In this document: positions 37,901-45,792 of the stretch, piece after piece
How positions within the stretch are numbered: position 1 is the stretch's first letter
Layout: each line of letters begins with the position of its first letter
Source: Lytechinus pictus
Lineage: Eukaryota
Length of the DNA stretch: 64,000 nucleotides
NCBI RefSeq assembly: GCF_037042905.1
Contig: NC_087260.1
Coordinates: 18,106,001 to 18,170,000 of the forward strand
Direction: 5' to 3'
Notes under the pieces: generated by a model
Database searches by the model: none
What the model was told of the DNA's origin: nothing
Seen by the model: only the letters and a program-made list of their open reading frames with translations
Position numbers and translations under genes: made by a program

Positions 37901-40900
37901 AGATATACAATATAAACAGAATTTTTGGCTTCCCATAATTTTAGCACAGAGTTAGACCATGGTCTAAGTTAAACCTGACTTCAGAATACGGGCCAGTGAG
38001 TATTAGACCAAGTGATGATGGTTGGACCATCTGATAGTAGACCACGTGGGTTTAGCCATGATTGTGTTAGACATTCTGAAAATAAGACCATCTGCTTGTA
38101 GATCCAGTGAATACAAATCAAGATAAAGACATGCTTTTTTCCCCTTTCAAAATGTGTTCTTTTAATGAAAAAAAAAAATTACACTGTGCTAGTATATCCA
38201 TACAAACAAACTTTTTTTGAGGGGGGAATTGGGGCCATGTCTCATTTTGTAAATTGTAGTTTATACATGTACTTACATGTAATACAAACTAATGGAATAT
38301 ACTGATTTACATCGAAAAAGTTCGATTTTTCTTGCTGTACTATAAAGTTGATTCTTCCAAAAAGCACTGGTATCCCTGGAAATGAATGTTTACCATGTTA
38401 GTAGTAACTTGAATTTTCTCCTGTTTTTCATTCAGGACAATCTACTATCTGAGCTGGAGCTGTGTGCCGAAGGCCTACAGAAGGCAGAAAGATACGAGTC
38501 GATGGGGGAGGTCTACAAACTCATCATTCCATTTTATGAGAAGAAGAGAGATTTCCAGGTAATTTTCACGTTTATGCATCTTTCAATCATCCACTTATTT
38601 CACTGAATTATAAATTTGAATCGAAAGTACTCAATAGTATGGGAAATTCCTAATAAATATGTTGTAAACAGTGTGTAGCAATAAGTTTTCAGAAGAATTT
38701 TTCAGTGCACGCATTTTTCTTTTTCATTTTTCAGTAATAATTTCAAAATCATGGATAAACAATGATTGTTGACGCGTTTTCAGTTGATGAAAAAGTTGAT
38801 CTCGAGCTGATCTCAAGTGAAAATTCTGAGAACAGATGTTCAGAGATCAAGATCAAGTCCAACACCAGCAGCAAGCTCAATACAACCAATACACTATTAC
38901 ATGTACATGTACATGTAGCTATTAAAGCATTTGCTCTAATTCACCAGAAGTTACAACATACATGTATGTTTACATTTGAAACAGAAAAGGTTTTACTCAT
39001 GTCATTGCTAAGACTTTTTTGGGCTGCTTCAGCAGGATGATAATTGTAGTACAACACTTCTACATTAATGTTCGATACTCGGCGAGTGTACACTTTACTG
39101 ATATTTTTACAATAAATTACAATTACTGCCTAATTCAGGTTTGTAATATCTGTCCATATAATTCACATTGTCTTCTAGAAACTTGCCCTTGCTTACGGCA
39201 AGCTCAGCAAAGCTTACGAGAAGGTCATGAAATTACAAGGAACCGGCAAGCTGTTGCTAGGCAACTACTTCAGGGTTGCATTCTTTGGTCAGGTGAGCAG
39301 ATCCATTTTGTTTGGTCATTTGATTTTACTATGCAAAATGTTTTTAACCTGTTGGAGACTGGCTGGCGACGTTGTTATGCACCTTGTCAAATGTCTCTCC
39401 TGCAGGAATCATGAAAACAGATTTTCACTACCTTTCCTCACATTTCATCTTAGACAAAATGATGAGGAATGCGTGAAAGCCTCGATGAAAAGACGCATAG
39501 TGCCTTGATAAGCTGGATTACTACTAGAAGTTGAGGCTCAGAATTTTGACAAGTTGCATTCGCCGCAGACCTCAGCCCATATAATTATGGACATGTATGC
39601 AGGCCCAGTGTCCAACAGGTTACATATGATAGACGTTGATAGTTCTGGATAAAAAGCACCGATTACTTATGAAATTTGTGGCAAACATTCGCTTTTGGTG
39701 AATACTAGTATTACAGAACAAATCAGACATAGAGATTGAGGATTTCATCTTTATTCTTGTCTCTTGTCATGTGATAGTACTTTGAGGAGGATGATGGGAA
39801 GGAATACATCTACAAGGAGCCGAAGGTCACGACCTTAGCATCGATTTGTGAGAGGTTACAAGCCCTCTTCTCCGACAAGTTTGGTTCCGAGAATGTGCAG
39901 CTTATCCGGGATTCTAGTAAGGTTAGTATGTTTTCCTTCTTCATAATTTCGCCAAACAAAATCCCCAAAGGTCGGATAACGAATGTTCACCTGCTTTGGA
40001 TAACAATTTTATTTGAAGGATCTGAAAAGTTGTATTTGATTGTTAGCTGTGGATCCTGGATTTTTTTTTTAAGGGGTTGATTTGTTCTCAAACTTCAACA
40101 AGCAAGAAAAAGAAAGTCATCACTCACAACTGAAGGCCATTTGGTGTGCGTGGAAAATTGCAGGCACCTTCCACTCACCCCCCCTGGATCCGCGCCTAGA
40201 TAATGATTATCAATTTCACATTAATACTTCTTCAGTAAATTTTAAAGCACTTGAAAACCTCTTACTGGTAAGGGTACATGTACTTACTGTATTAACTCTG
40301 TTGACATCTGGATTCTATAATTCCTGTAAACTCTGAATGTGAACCACCAGATTCCAGTATGCAATGAGTTAATGAAATAATCATATGTTATTGTAATGAA
40401 TTGCAGTTCAGACCAAAATGTAAACTTAACATGAAGGAAAGTTTTAACATGGCTTCTCTTGTACCATCAGGTTAATATTGACACGCTGAAACCTAACATC
40501 GCCTACATCCAAGTCACCTTCGTGAAGCCCTACTTTGATGAGAGGGAGCTTGCGGAAAGAAGGACAATCTTTGAGCGGTCAAACAACATCAGACGATTTG
40601 TCTTTGAGACGCCTTACACCAAGAAGGGCACTGCTAGGTCAGGAGCCGTCGAGGAACAGTTCAAGAGAAAGACCATCCTTACAAGTAAGAATGTAGATAT
40701 TAGTCTCAACTGACATTGCATTCAAGCAATGGTTTGAGCCTCGTTCAGATATTACATGTATGTCAAACATTCAACAATATTTTTTCAAATAATGATAATA
40801 TATGATGAGACAAATTTCGCCACCTCTAAGAAAGTGGTCCATACATTGCTTGGACAAACCAGATCATGATGATGTCATAACCGATGTTATTTGATGTCAT

Positions 40901-43900
40901 CACAATTTTGTTATTATGCCACAGGTCATGTTTAATGAAGCCATGCATTTGTCATGCAAACAATGGTAGACTACATGTATTATGTGTGGACTAGTTTAAG
41001 TTTTTGCTGATTTTAAAAAACAGAGTTTTATCGGTCCAAAGATTGTGTCATCTGACAAAAAGATAAAAAGTTGCTTGCTTCTGTTACACATTTTGTTATG
41101 ACATATGACTTTGTACATAAAACGTTGCTGGTATCATGTTTCACAAACAATTAAAGATAAATGAAAGTACATGTACTTGCAGTAAACACTGATTCATAAC
41201 AAAGTCTGACCAAGGTTAAATGTCACTATATCACTAGAAATAGACATTGTAGTGTTACATAAACTGAACTTTGTGAAATCATGAAATCTAAGCTGAAAAT
41301 AGATCCCATTAAAGATCACCAACACAGATAAGCCCATGTGGGACAGTATTTTATTATTGATCAGAAAAAGACCGGACAAATGGCTCAAAAGTCATGTTTA
41401 TTCTCCTAATATATGCAGAGTCCTTGATACATATTCTATTTATACAAACAGTTCCTTCGGTGGTCATTTTATTGGATTCTATACCAACTCATTTTGAAAT
41501 TGGTACATGTATCACAACTGGCATTGCTCTTTAATACTGCACTTTCTGATTTCTCCCTGTGTCACCAGCCTCACACACATTCCCATACATCACCAAGCGG
41601 ATCCAGGTATGCTACCAGCAGTCGCAGGAACTCAACCCGCTCCAGGTGGCCGTAGAGGAGCTCCAGGTCAAGGTCAAAGAGATGAACGAGGTCCTGGAGA
41701 TGGACAATGTGGATATGAAGCGGCTCCAGCTCTTACTACAGGGTAGTGTCAGCGTACAGGTGAGCATGGGTACCTTATTTGCATTTGTGTGAGTGAATGA
41801 TATTACCATATGAGATTTCTCCAGAAGACGACGAGATTTTACTTGTCCAAATATGGAGTTTGGGTTTCTGTACCAAAAACGCGCACTCATAATTATACAT
41901 GTTGTACAATGCGTATTTAGCTTTTTGAACTCGAACAAATAGAGGCTGAATGTCAAAATTTCTTACCGTTGCACACGTACCGTCCAAACTGTACTGTTCA
42001 TAATATAGCGTTGCACGGTCAGGAACTAGGTAACGTCCCTATGAAAATTAGGATTCAATGAATTGCGCTTAGTAAATGCAGGTGCAATATGCATAGGGCT
42101 TGCTGGATAAATGCACATTTCTGCAGATCAGATGCTCGTTACGTTTGAGGGATTTTGCTGTTCGGTGAAAGAAAGAGACACTATTCAACTTGGCTACGCC
42201 TCGTAAAAAAAATCGATTTGTATGATACCCCTCCACAACGCTAATCTAATGAGTTCTTCTTGGATATTTTTTTGCAGGTGAATGCAGGACCAATGGCATA
42301 TGCAGCGGCATTCTTAGGAAAGGGCAGAGAGGAGAAGTGGAACAGCCAACAAATCAGTGACCTCAAAAAAATCTTCAGGTTAGTATTCTAAACAGGAATT
42401 ACATCCATCAAAGATTCCAATCACACAGTGGGTATCCTATAGGGTTCCATGACATTTGCTCCGCTGTAAATTCCACGCCCTAATCATATGATCAACTTCA
42501 ACCCTGGGTTTAACACTCTACCCTCCCCTAAATCTGACATAAAACCCTATTGCATACCTAACCCTTTCTCTTAGACGAAATTAAGCCTAGAGCAATAGTC
42601 GCAGGAGCAAATGACGTGTCACCTCCTATAGACCCATGTGCTGTATTGATAGACTTGATGCATTGACTTTTTGGTAAAGAAGTTGGAATTGCATGATAAA
42701 TATTGATTTTTAAAAGCAATGCCATTTAATCATTTCTCTTTTTTAATGAAAAACTAGGGAAATTTATTTGGTTATTCATTGATAAATATTATGGTTTGAA
42801 TGTTTAAAAGAGTAGCAGTAATATCTTATAATTTAAGGACGTTCCACAGTTATGCTTGTGCGCATTATGATCTGCGCATATTTAACACTCCGCGCGCTGA
42901 CGTCACAATGGATGAACAGGTGATTAATTAGCTGTGGGTATGAGCTGATTTTTCTCATCATCTGCATCCTAACTGCAGATCCGATGCGTTATTTTATGAA
43001 GCTAAAAAGTGGAATTATTCCATGGACCATTAAAAAAAATATCTCTACAATTTCAAAATACTTTACTCTGCAGTACTGCCAAGAATCACGAATATGACCC
43101 CGAGTTTGAATAAATGGTAGAGTGGTTTTGATTTTTCTTCACATAGATACAAAGCATTTGGCGCATTTTTGGTGTTTTAAAAAGCACATTTGCTCTAATA
43201 AAAATGCTGATAGTTTGAAAACAAGCACATGAACCCCTATTTTTTAATGTTTGTACCTCTTAGGTATAGCTTCCTCTACAACTTTGCAAATTTTGGTGAA
43301 AATGACATGGATTTTGAATAAAGTGCAGCATTTATTGTACTTTTGTAGTCTGTTATTGAAATTTCACATTTTTGAGATTGGGTTTTTGTTATCTTTTACG
43401 CCATTTTTAAGAACTGACTGTGCTATTAGACTTAAAGTTGCAAACAAATAGCACCATAAATAGATACTCCATTTTAACGATACAATTATTAACTCTCTTG
43501 CGAAATTTGAAGACTTTTTCATGTATTTTGACTGAGTAATAGAGGTTTATACTCATTGTAGTATTCTTGCGAGGTCTAAAAATGCCAAATTCTTTTGAAT
43601 GCGCAATTCTTAAGAACATCAATTTGGGTGAACTTTGAAGCTCTATAGCCAAAAATCAAGCACATGGACCTATGTTAATTTTTGCATATTTCGAATATTA
43701 AGGTTTTACAGTATCTATGTGCAAAGTTTGGTGAAAATGACATGGATTTCACTTTAACTGTGGAACGTCCTTAAGTGAGTTTAGTTTTTTATAAGACTAT
43801 GGCAAACTGCCGATTTGTCTATTGTCAACTCGTCCACTTATCACATGGTCTACCTTCATTTACATGTATCCTAATGCCATTCCGTCCATCAACATTTCAT

Positions 43901-45792
43901 CTAACAGCCATTTGGTCCAATAATCATTTGGCCCAATTATCCCTTCGTCTTATCACCAGTTCATCTATGACCATTTTGTCTCCTAATCAGTTGGTCTCAT
44001 ATCCATTTTCGTTTCATTCATTTCGCCCAATTAACACTTAATCCAATTAGACCAGTTGGTATATGGACTAAATTGCTATTGGACCAACTGGTTATGAGAT
44101 GAAATGGTGAGTGGGCGAAATGGCAATTAGACCATGTGGATAGGGGACGAACTGATGGTAGACCAAATAATATTAGTAGACGAGTTGGGAATTGGCATTA
44201 GACCACTCGGAAATAAACCGACTACATGATCAAACTGTTGTATCCTTCAAGTGATCAGGAACTATTTGAGAACTACCAACTTCATATTAAAGTTTTGGAC
44301 AGTGAAGATGTTAAAATTCAATCAAACACCAGCAATATAAGATCAACGCTGAGTTTGATATCAAGCAATATGGATACCCATGTATTTGTAGTGATAGCTA
44401 AAAAAAAAAAAAAAAAAATCTTTGATTGATATTTAAAAAAAGAAATCATTCAAGGATTGATTGATCAACACCAAACTTTAAATTTCCCAATGAATATCAT
44501 AATCTTGTAGTTGTAACAAAAAAATGTTTGTTCTTTGATTGAAAAGTTTAACTTTCGTAAAATAAGAACTTGCCTTTCGCATAATTTTTCTCTTTTGTGG
44601 CCCAGTACTATGGAATTCTTTGCCGATTAATTTGAAAACATTTTCTTCATTTAATATTTTCAAATGTAACTTAAGAAATTTCTTAAATGATGATGAAACC
44701 TGTTTGTAAATATTTTTATTTGTATTTTAAATCATACAACTTGTGTCTCTATGTCTTTGTAATGTTTTCTAATTGTTTAATATATTTGTAACTTTTGACA
44801 TTGTCAATAATTGTTAATTTTTTTAAAGTAATTTTGGTCAGCCATGTTATAAGGAAATTTTCTCTTTTTTGGCTGCTTCCCTCTCAGTGCTTTTTTTTTC
44901 TTGTAAACTTGTATGTATTTGATGTTATGTATTCTTTGTTTCTCATGTATTTTATCGTATGTTCATTTTATGCAGAGAGAAAAATAAACTCGAATTGATT
45001 TGAACTGAAAAAAAGAAAGAAAAAATATTATTTGATTAACTTATTGATTTTTTTTCTTTTTGATATTTTATTAGATTCATTTATTTGTTATTTGGTTTTT
45101 TCATTTATTTATTTTTCAATTATATATTATTTTTGTTTATTTATTGACTAATTTACATATATATTAATCCATTCATGTTTGTGTTTTGTTTGCAGGGATT
45201 TTGTGACAGCATGTCACAATTCACTGTTCGTCAACGCTCAGCTGATCAAGTCTGATCAGATTGAGTATCATGACGACCTTGAACAGAAGTTTCATTCCAT
45301 GGTCCACACCATATCATCTTTGACAGGGGATAAGGTAGGTACATTACCACTCGTGTCCAGCCATACCAAAACCGAATATTAGGTTTCGAATTTACGACGG
45401 GGAAACTCTCTACAACGCATGGATTCCTTTGAAATTGCAATTAAAATCACAATGGAGAGCTGAGAGGATTTTGTTGAAAGTTGGTGGACTGGGACAGTAG
45501 ATAATTCAAAAATTTGCTCTGGACAAACAATTGCAAATATGTCGTCCCGAGTAAAGAGATTCCAATGCTGTCCCGGCATGCACTTTATTTTTTTAAGCTG
45601 TTTGTTAGTTTCCTCTGCATTCAATCAAATACCTTAAGTTTGTGTCTCTTTGTGGGTTCTTGTTCCCTAGGGATAGAAGTAACGCAAGGTTGTGTATGTT
45701 CTCTGTTTTACTTACAGTTAACCGATGACGAACACACCCTAGAGAGACGATCATCATCCACCATCTTCAGTGCCATCAGCGGGACACCTTGA
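1243..45792 (+). CDS. DOCK9: DOCK-D subfamily (Zizimin; DOCK9/10/11-like) Cdc42 guanine-nucleotide exchange factor, 3' portion, multi-exon; 5' part lies upstream of the window
   Basis: 21 GT-AG exons join in consistent phase into a protein that tracks vertebrate DOCK9 as recalled: [76 protein letters not shown]. Probably co-orthologous to DOCK9/10/11. Confidence 0.96.
1700..2170. repeat. Degenerate (ATG/GTG)n trinucleotide microsatellite, intronic
   Basis: directly visible; source of spurious poly-M/poly-I ORFs. Confidence 0.95.
2199..2478 (+). CDS. DOCK9: DOCK core exon ([13 protein letters not shown]...LDIIAGR), ends phase 1
   Basis: caacag acceptor, AGAG|gtaggt donor; matches DOCK9 [22 protein letters not shown]. 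Confidence 0.93.
4939..5208. mobile_element. MITE family A copy 1 (PIF/Harbinger-like)
   Basis: TIR GGCCCCGTCTTACAAAGAG / CTCTTTGTAAGACAGGCCC, CAG target-site duplication, near-identical to 5763-6033. Confidence 0.85.
5763..6033. mobile_element. MITE family A copy 2
   Basis: same TIRs, CAG TSD (5760-5762, 6034-6036). Confidence 0.87.
6077..6205. mobile_element. Short degenerate MITE
   Basis: AGCCCTG..CATAAACC versus GGCTTTATG..CAGGGCC ends, CAG flanks. Confidence 0.5.
7814..7864 (+). CDS. Candidate DOCK cassette exon, 51 nt, phase 1-1 ([17 protein letters not shown])
   Basis: long T-rich tract + gacag acceptor, G|gtatag donor, open, length divisible by 3. Confidence 0.55.
9760..9825 (+). 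CDS. Candidate DOCK cassette exon, 66 nt, phase 1-1 ([22 protein letters not shown])
   Basis: pyrimidine tract + ctcag acceptor, CAG|gtttgt donor, GC/CpG-rich island in AT-rich intron, open, 22 codons. Confidence 0.72.
10888..11118. mobile_element. Non-autonomous DNA transposon with CAC...GTG termini (EnSpm/CACTA-like) and internal TTTAAAC repeats
   Basis: CACAGTAAAAA / TTTTTACAGTG ends; internal inverted TTTAAGCCTGTCACTCTA / TAGAGTGACAGGCTTAAA. Confidence 0.7.
11559..12147. mobile_element. TTAA-flanked non-autonomous DNA transposon (Kolobok-like)
   Basis: TTAA|AGGGGAATC ... GATTCCCCT|TTAA. Confidence 0.75.
12781..12813 (+). CDS. Candidate DOCK mini-exon, 33 nt, phase 1-1 ([11 protein letters not shown])
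   Basis: ttacag acceptor after pyrimidine tract with two TGCATG; strong A|gtgagt donor; open. Confidence 0.5.
14601..14708 (+). CDS. Candidate DOCK cassette exon, 108 nt, phase 1-1 ([36 protein letters not shown])
   Basis: cttccag acceptor, GAG|gtttgt donor, open 36 codons, shares NR.SW motif with neighbours. Confidence 0.78.
15465..15566 (+). CDS. Candidate DOCK cassette exon, 102 nt, phase 1-1 ([34 protein letters not shown])
   Basis: tctcttag acceptor, GAG|gttcgt donor, CpG-rich, open 34 codons. Confidence 0.78.
18100..18234 (+). CDS. Candidate DOCK cassette exon, 135 nt, phase 1-1 ([45 protein letters not shown])
   Basis: cttttag acceptor, CAG|gtgtgt donor, GC island, open 45 codons. 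Confidence 0.8.
20431..20850. mobile_element. MITE with ~45-bp imperfect TIRs, TTA flanks
   Basis: AGGCCACCGCACACCTTACGACTG..CGCGATCCGATTT versus AAATCGGGTCGC..CAGTCGCAAGGTATGTGGTCGCCT. Confidence 0.75.
21913..22047 (+). CDS. Candidate DOCK cassette exon, 135 nt, phase 1-1 ([45 protein letters not shown])
   Basis: atccag acceptor, CAG|gttggt donor, GC island, open 45 codons. Confidence 0.75.
23158..23445 (+). CDS. DOCK9: DOCK core exon (GGTPSIST...[26 protein letters not shown])
   Basis: aaacag acceptor, G|gtatga donor; matches DOCK9 DKLDQSEIKSLLMCFLYILK. Confidence 0.92.
23895..24207. mobile_element. MITE family B copy (diverged, reverse orientation)
   Basis: GGTCCGTATTTTGAAC / GTTCAGAATATGGGCC termini. 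Confidence 0.75.
24215..24518. mobile_element. MITE family B copy
   Basis: GGCCCCGTATTCTGAA / TTCAGAATACGGGCC termini; similar to 37681-37994. Confidence 0.85.
24707..24773 (+). CDS. DOCK9: DOCK core exon ([23 protein letters not shown])
   Basis: ttgtag acceptor, GA|gtaagt donor, phase 1 to 2. Confidence 0.9.
25179..25232 (+). CDS. DOCK9: DOCK core exon ([17 protein letters not shown])
   Basis: ttgtag acceptor, AA|gtaagt donor; matches DOCK9 CLHQFQYMGKR. Confidence 0.9.
25340..25494. mobile_element. Hairpin MITE with ~44-bp TIRs
   Basis: GCAGTCACATTTCTCCTACGGCGGCCATACGGCAAGTCG versus CGACTTGCTGTATGACCGCCGTAGGGGAAATGTGACTGC. Confidence 0.8.
25594..25727. mobile_element. Short MITE (family C); reverse copy at ~45956-46080, related fragments near 18540-18690 and 52740-52830
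   Basis: TTTCATGAA termini; core GCTCTCAGCCAGTCAGATGCAAGGATTTCAGTAGCTTATAAC matches the reverse complement of 46002-46044. Confidence 0.65.
26034..26057 (+). CDS. Candidate 24-nt DOCK microexon, phase 2-2 (RNIYKLFG)
   Basis: tgcctttgtaatag acceptor, CGG|gtaagg donor, frame-preserving between exons 25179-25232 and 28930-29036. Confidence 0.6.
28930..29036 (+). CDS. DOCK9: DOCK core exon ([35 protein letters not shown])
   Basis: ttttcag acceptor, G|gtaagt donor; SRTLPV resembles DOCK9 SQTLPV. Confidence 0.88.
29840..30018 (-). mobile_element. tRNA-derived SINE (family S1)
   Basis: minus-strand A box TAGTTCAGTCGG and B box GGTTCGATTCC; second copy at ~36035-36216. Confidence 0.75.
30054..30169 (+). 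CDS. DOCK9: DOCK core exon (VAALTESD...[24 protein letters not shown])
   Basis: cttcag acceptor, AAG|gttagt donor; EANxAxE motif. Confidence 0.92.
30178..30430. repeat. Tandem repeat, ~105-107-bp unit x ~2.3
   Basis: AAAGTTTGATGACCTG...CTTGGATGAAAGTGTGTTGCACTTTATACCAT...AAAATTGTCAAAACAAATTGA repeated. Confidence 0.85.
30451..30650. mobile_element. MITE with GGGTTA-like internal units; reverse copy at ~42443-42625
   Basis: GACATTTACTTC.GCGACAAATGCTCC / GGAGCAATTGTCGCCGGAGCAAATGTC inverted ends. Confidence 0.7.
30812..31167 (-). mobile_element. tRNA-derived SINE (family S2) inserted into an S1 SINE
   Basis: minus-strand B box GGTTCGAATCCC, (ATT)n tail at 30812-30835, imperfect TSD CAATGCCT/CAATGCAT. 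Confidence 0.75.
31361..31498 (+). CDS. DOCK9: DOCK core exon ([16 protein letters not shown]...LRLFLNR)
   Basis: ttgcag acceptor, AGG|gtgaga donor; matches NPLMKKVFD...QSETALKNVF. Confidence 0.93.
32085..32238 (+). CDS. Candidate alternative exon, His/Asp-rich, phase 0 (see findings)
   Basis: GC island with tandem acceptors (atag/tcag) and tandem donors (gtgtgt/gtaagc); two open frames of 150 nt each. Confidence 0.5.
32860..33200. repeat. Degenerate (CT/CTGT)n low-complexity tract
   Basis: directly visible. Confidence 0.9.
33879..33935 (+). CDS. DOCK9: DOCK core exon ([19 protein letters not shown])
   Basis: aaatag acceptor, GCA|gtacgt donor, phase 0-0. Confidence 0.9.
34046..34174. mobile_element. 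Short MITE
   Basis: ACACAAAGGTTAGCAATTGATC versus GATCATTGCTAAGCTTTGTGT inverted ends. Confidence 0.65.
34541..34666 (+). CDS. DOCK9: DOCK core exon ([29 protein letters not shown]...RVHLQ)
   Basis: acacag acceptor, CAG|gtaagg donor; conserved LLYxLMRxNF. Confidence 0.94.
34890..35225. repeat. Degenerate (GAT/GGT)n microsatellite, intronic, after a purine-rich tract
   Basis: directly visible. Confidence 0.95.
35298..35402 (+). CDS. DOCK9: DOCK core exon ([11 protein letters not shown]...YANSDKGMQ)
   Basis: ttctag acceptor, CAG|gtatat donor. Confidence 0.92.
35725..35940 (+). CDS. DOCK9: DOCK core exon, start of DHR2 region ([35 protein letters not shown]...GNYSE)
   Basis: ctccag acceptor, GAG|gtaaat donor; near-identical to DOCK9. 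Confidence 0.96.
36035..36216 (-). mobile_element. SINE family S1 copy
   Basis: similar to 29840-30018 (CTGAGGGACCTGGTAATG..GAATCGAACCTGGGTCACCGGA). Confidence 0.7.
36503..36676. mobile_element. Hairpin MITE with ~50-bp TIRs
   Basis: AAGCTGTTTGTAAGATAAGAGCGACTTTAAGAA versus TTCTTAAGGTCGCTCTTAACTTACAAACAGCTT. Confidence 0.8.
36882..37049 (+). CDS. DOCK9: DOCK core exon ([20 protein letters not shown]...DVQYTE)
   Basis: gtgtag acceptor, GAG|gttagt donor. Confidence 0.95.
37060..37298 (+). mobile_element. 5'-truncated SINE-like element with (TTA)n tail directly after an exon donor
   Basis: ACCCAGGTG..AATGGGTACCCGGTAGGA core resembles the reverse complement of the S2 body at 31023-31053; TTATTATTATTAT tail. 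Confidence 0.55.
37681..37994. mobile_element. MITE family B copy with AGT TSD
   Basis: AGT|GGCCCGTATTCTGAA ... TTCAGAATACGGGCC|AGT. Confidence 0.88.
38436..38558 (+). CDS. DOCK9: DOCK core exon ([21 protein letters not shown]...KKRDFQ)
   Basis: attcag acceptor, CAG|gtaatt donor. Confidence 0.95.
39179..39292 (+). CDS. DOCK9: DOCK core exon ([13 protein letters not shown]...[12 protein letters not shown])
   Basis: ttctag acceptor, CAG|gtgagc donor; YFRVAFFG motif. Confidence 0.95.
39778..39921 (+). CDS. DOCK9: DOCK core exon ([16 protein letters not shown]...IRDSSK)
   Basis: tgatag acceptor, AAG|gttagt donor. Confidence 0.95.
40471..40684 (+). CDS. DOCK9: DOCK core exon ([22 protein letters not shown]...KRKTILT)
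   Basis: catcag acceptor, A|gtaaga donor. Confidence 0.95.
41569..41759 (+). CDS. DOCK9: DOCK core exon ([13 protein letters not shown]...[12 protein letters not shown])
   Basis: caccag acceptor, CAG|gtgagc donor. Confidence 0.95.
42278..42378 (+). CDS. DOCK9: DOCK core exon with DHR2 nucleotide-sensor Val ([13 protein letters not shown]...LKKIF)
   Basis: ttgcag acceptor, AG|gttagt donor; VNAGP motif intact, so predicted active GEF. Confidence 0.95.
42837..43770. mobile_element. 934-bp TTAA-flanked non-autonomous DNA transposon (Kolobok-like)
   Basis: perfect 16-bp TIR GGACGTTCCACAGTTA, TTAA on both sides, internal direct repeat TTTGGTGAAAATGACATGGATTT. Confidence 0.88.
43795..44222. repeat. 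Interspersed repeat built of short inverted units (AATTGCCAACTCGTCTAC-type); related copy at ~58190-58545
   Basis: left GGTCTA/GTCCA-rich arm and right TAGACC/TGGAC-rich arm in both copies. Confidence 0.65.
45196..45334 (+). CDS. DOCK9: DOCK core exon ([25 protein letters not shown]...GDK)
   Basis: ttgcag acceptor, AAG|gtaggt donor. Confidence 0.94.
45718..45792 (+). CDS. DOCK9: DOCK terminal coding exon ([24 protein letters not shown])
   Basis: ttacag acceptor; IFSAISGTP matches DOCK9 IFNAISGTP; TGA at 45790-45792. Confidence 0.9.
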   Translation, partial: LTDDEHTLERRSSSTIFSAISGTP

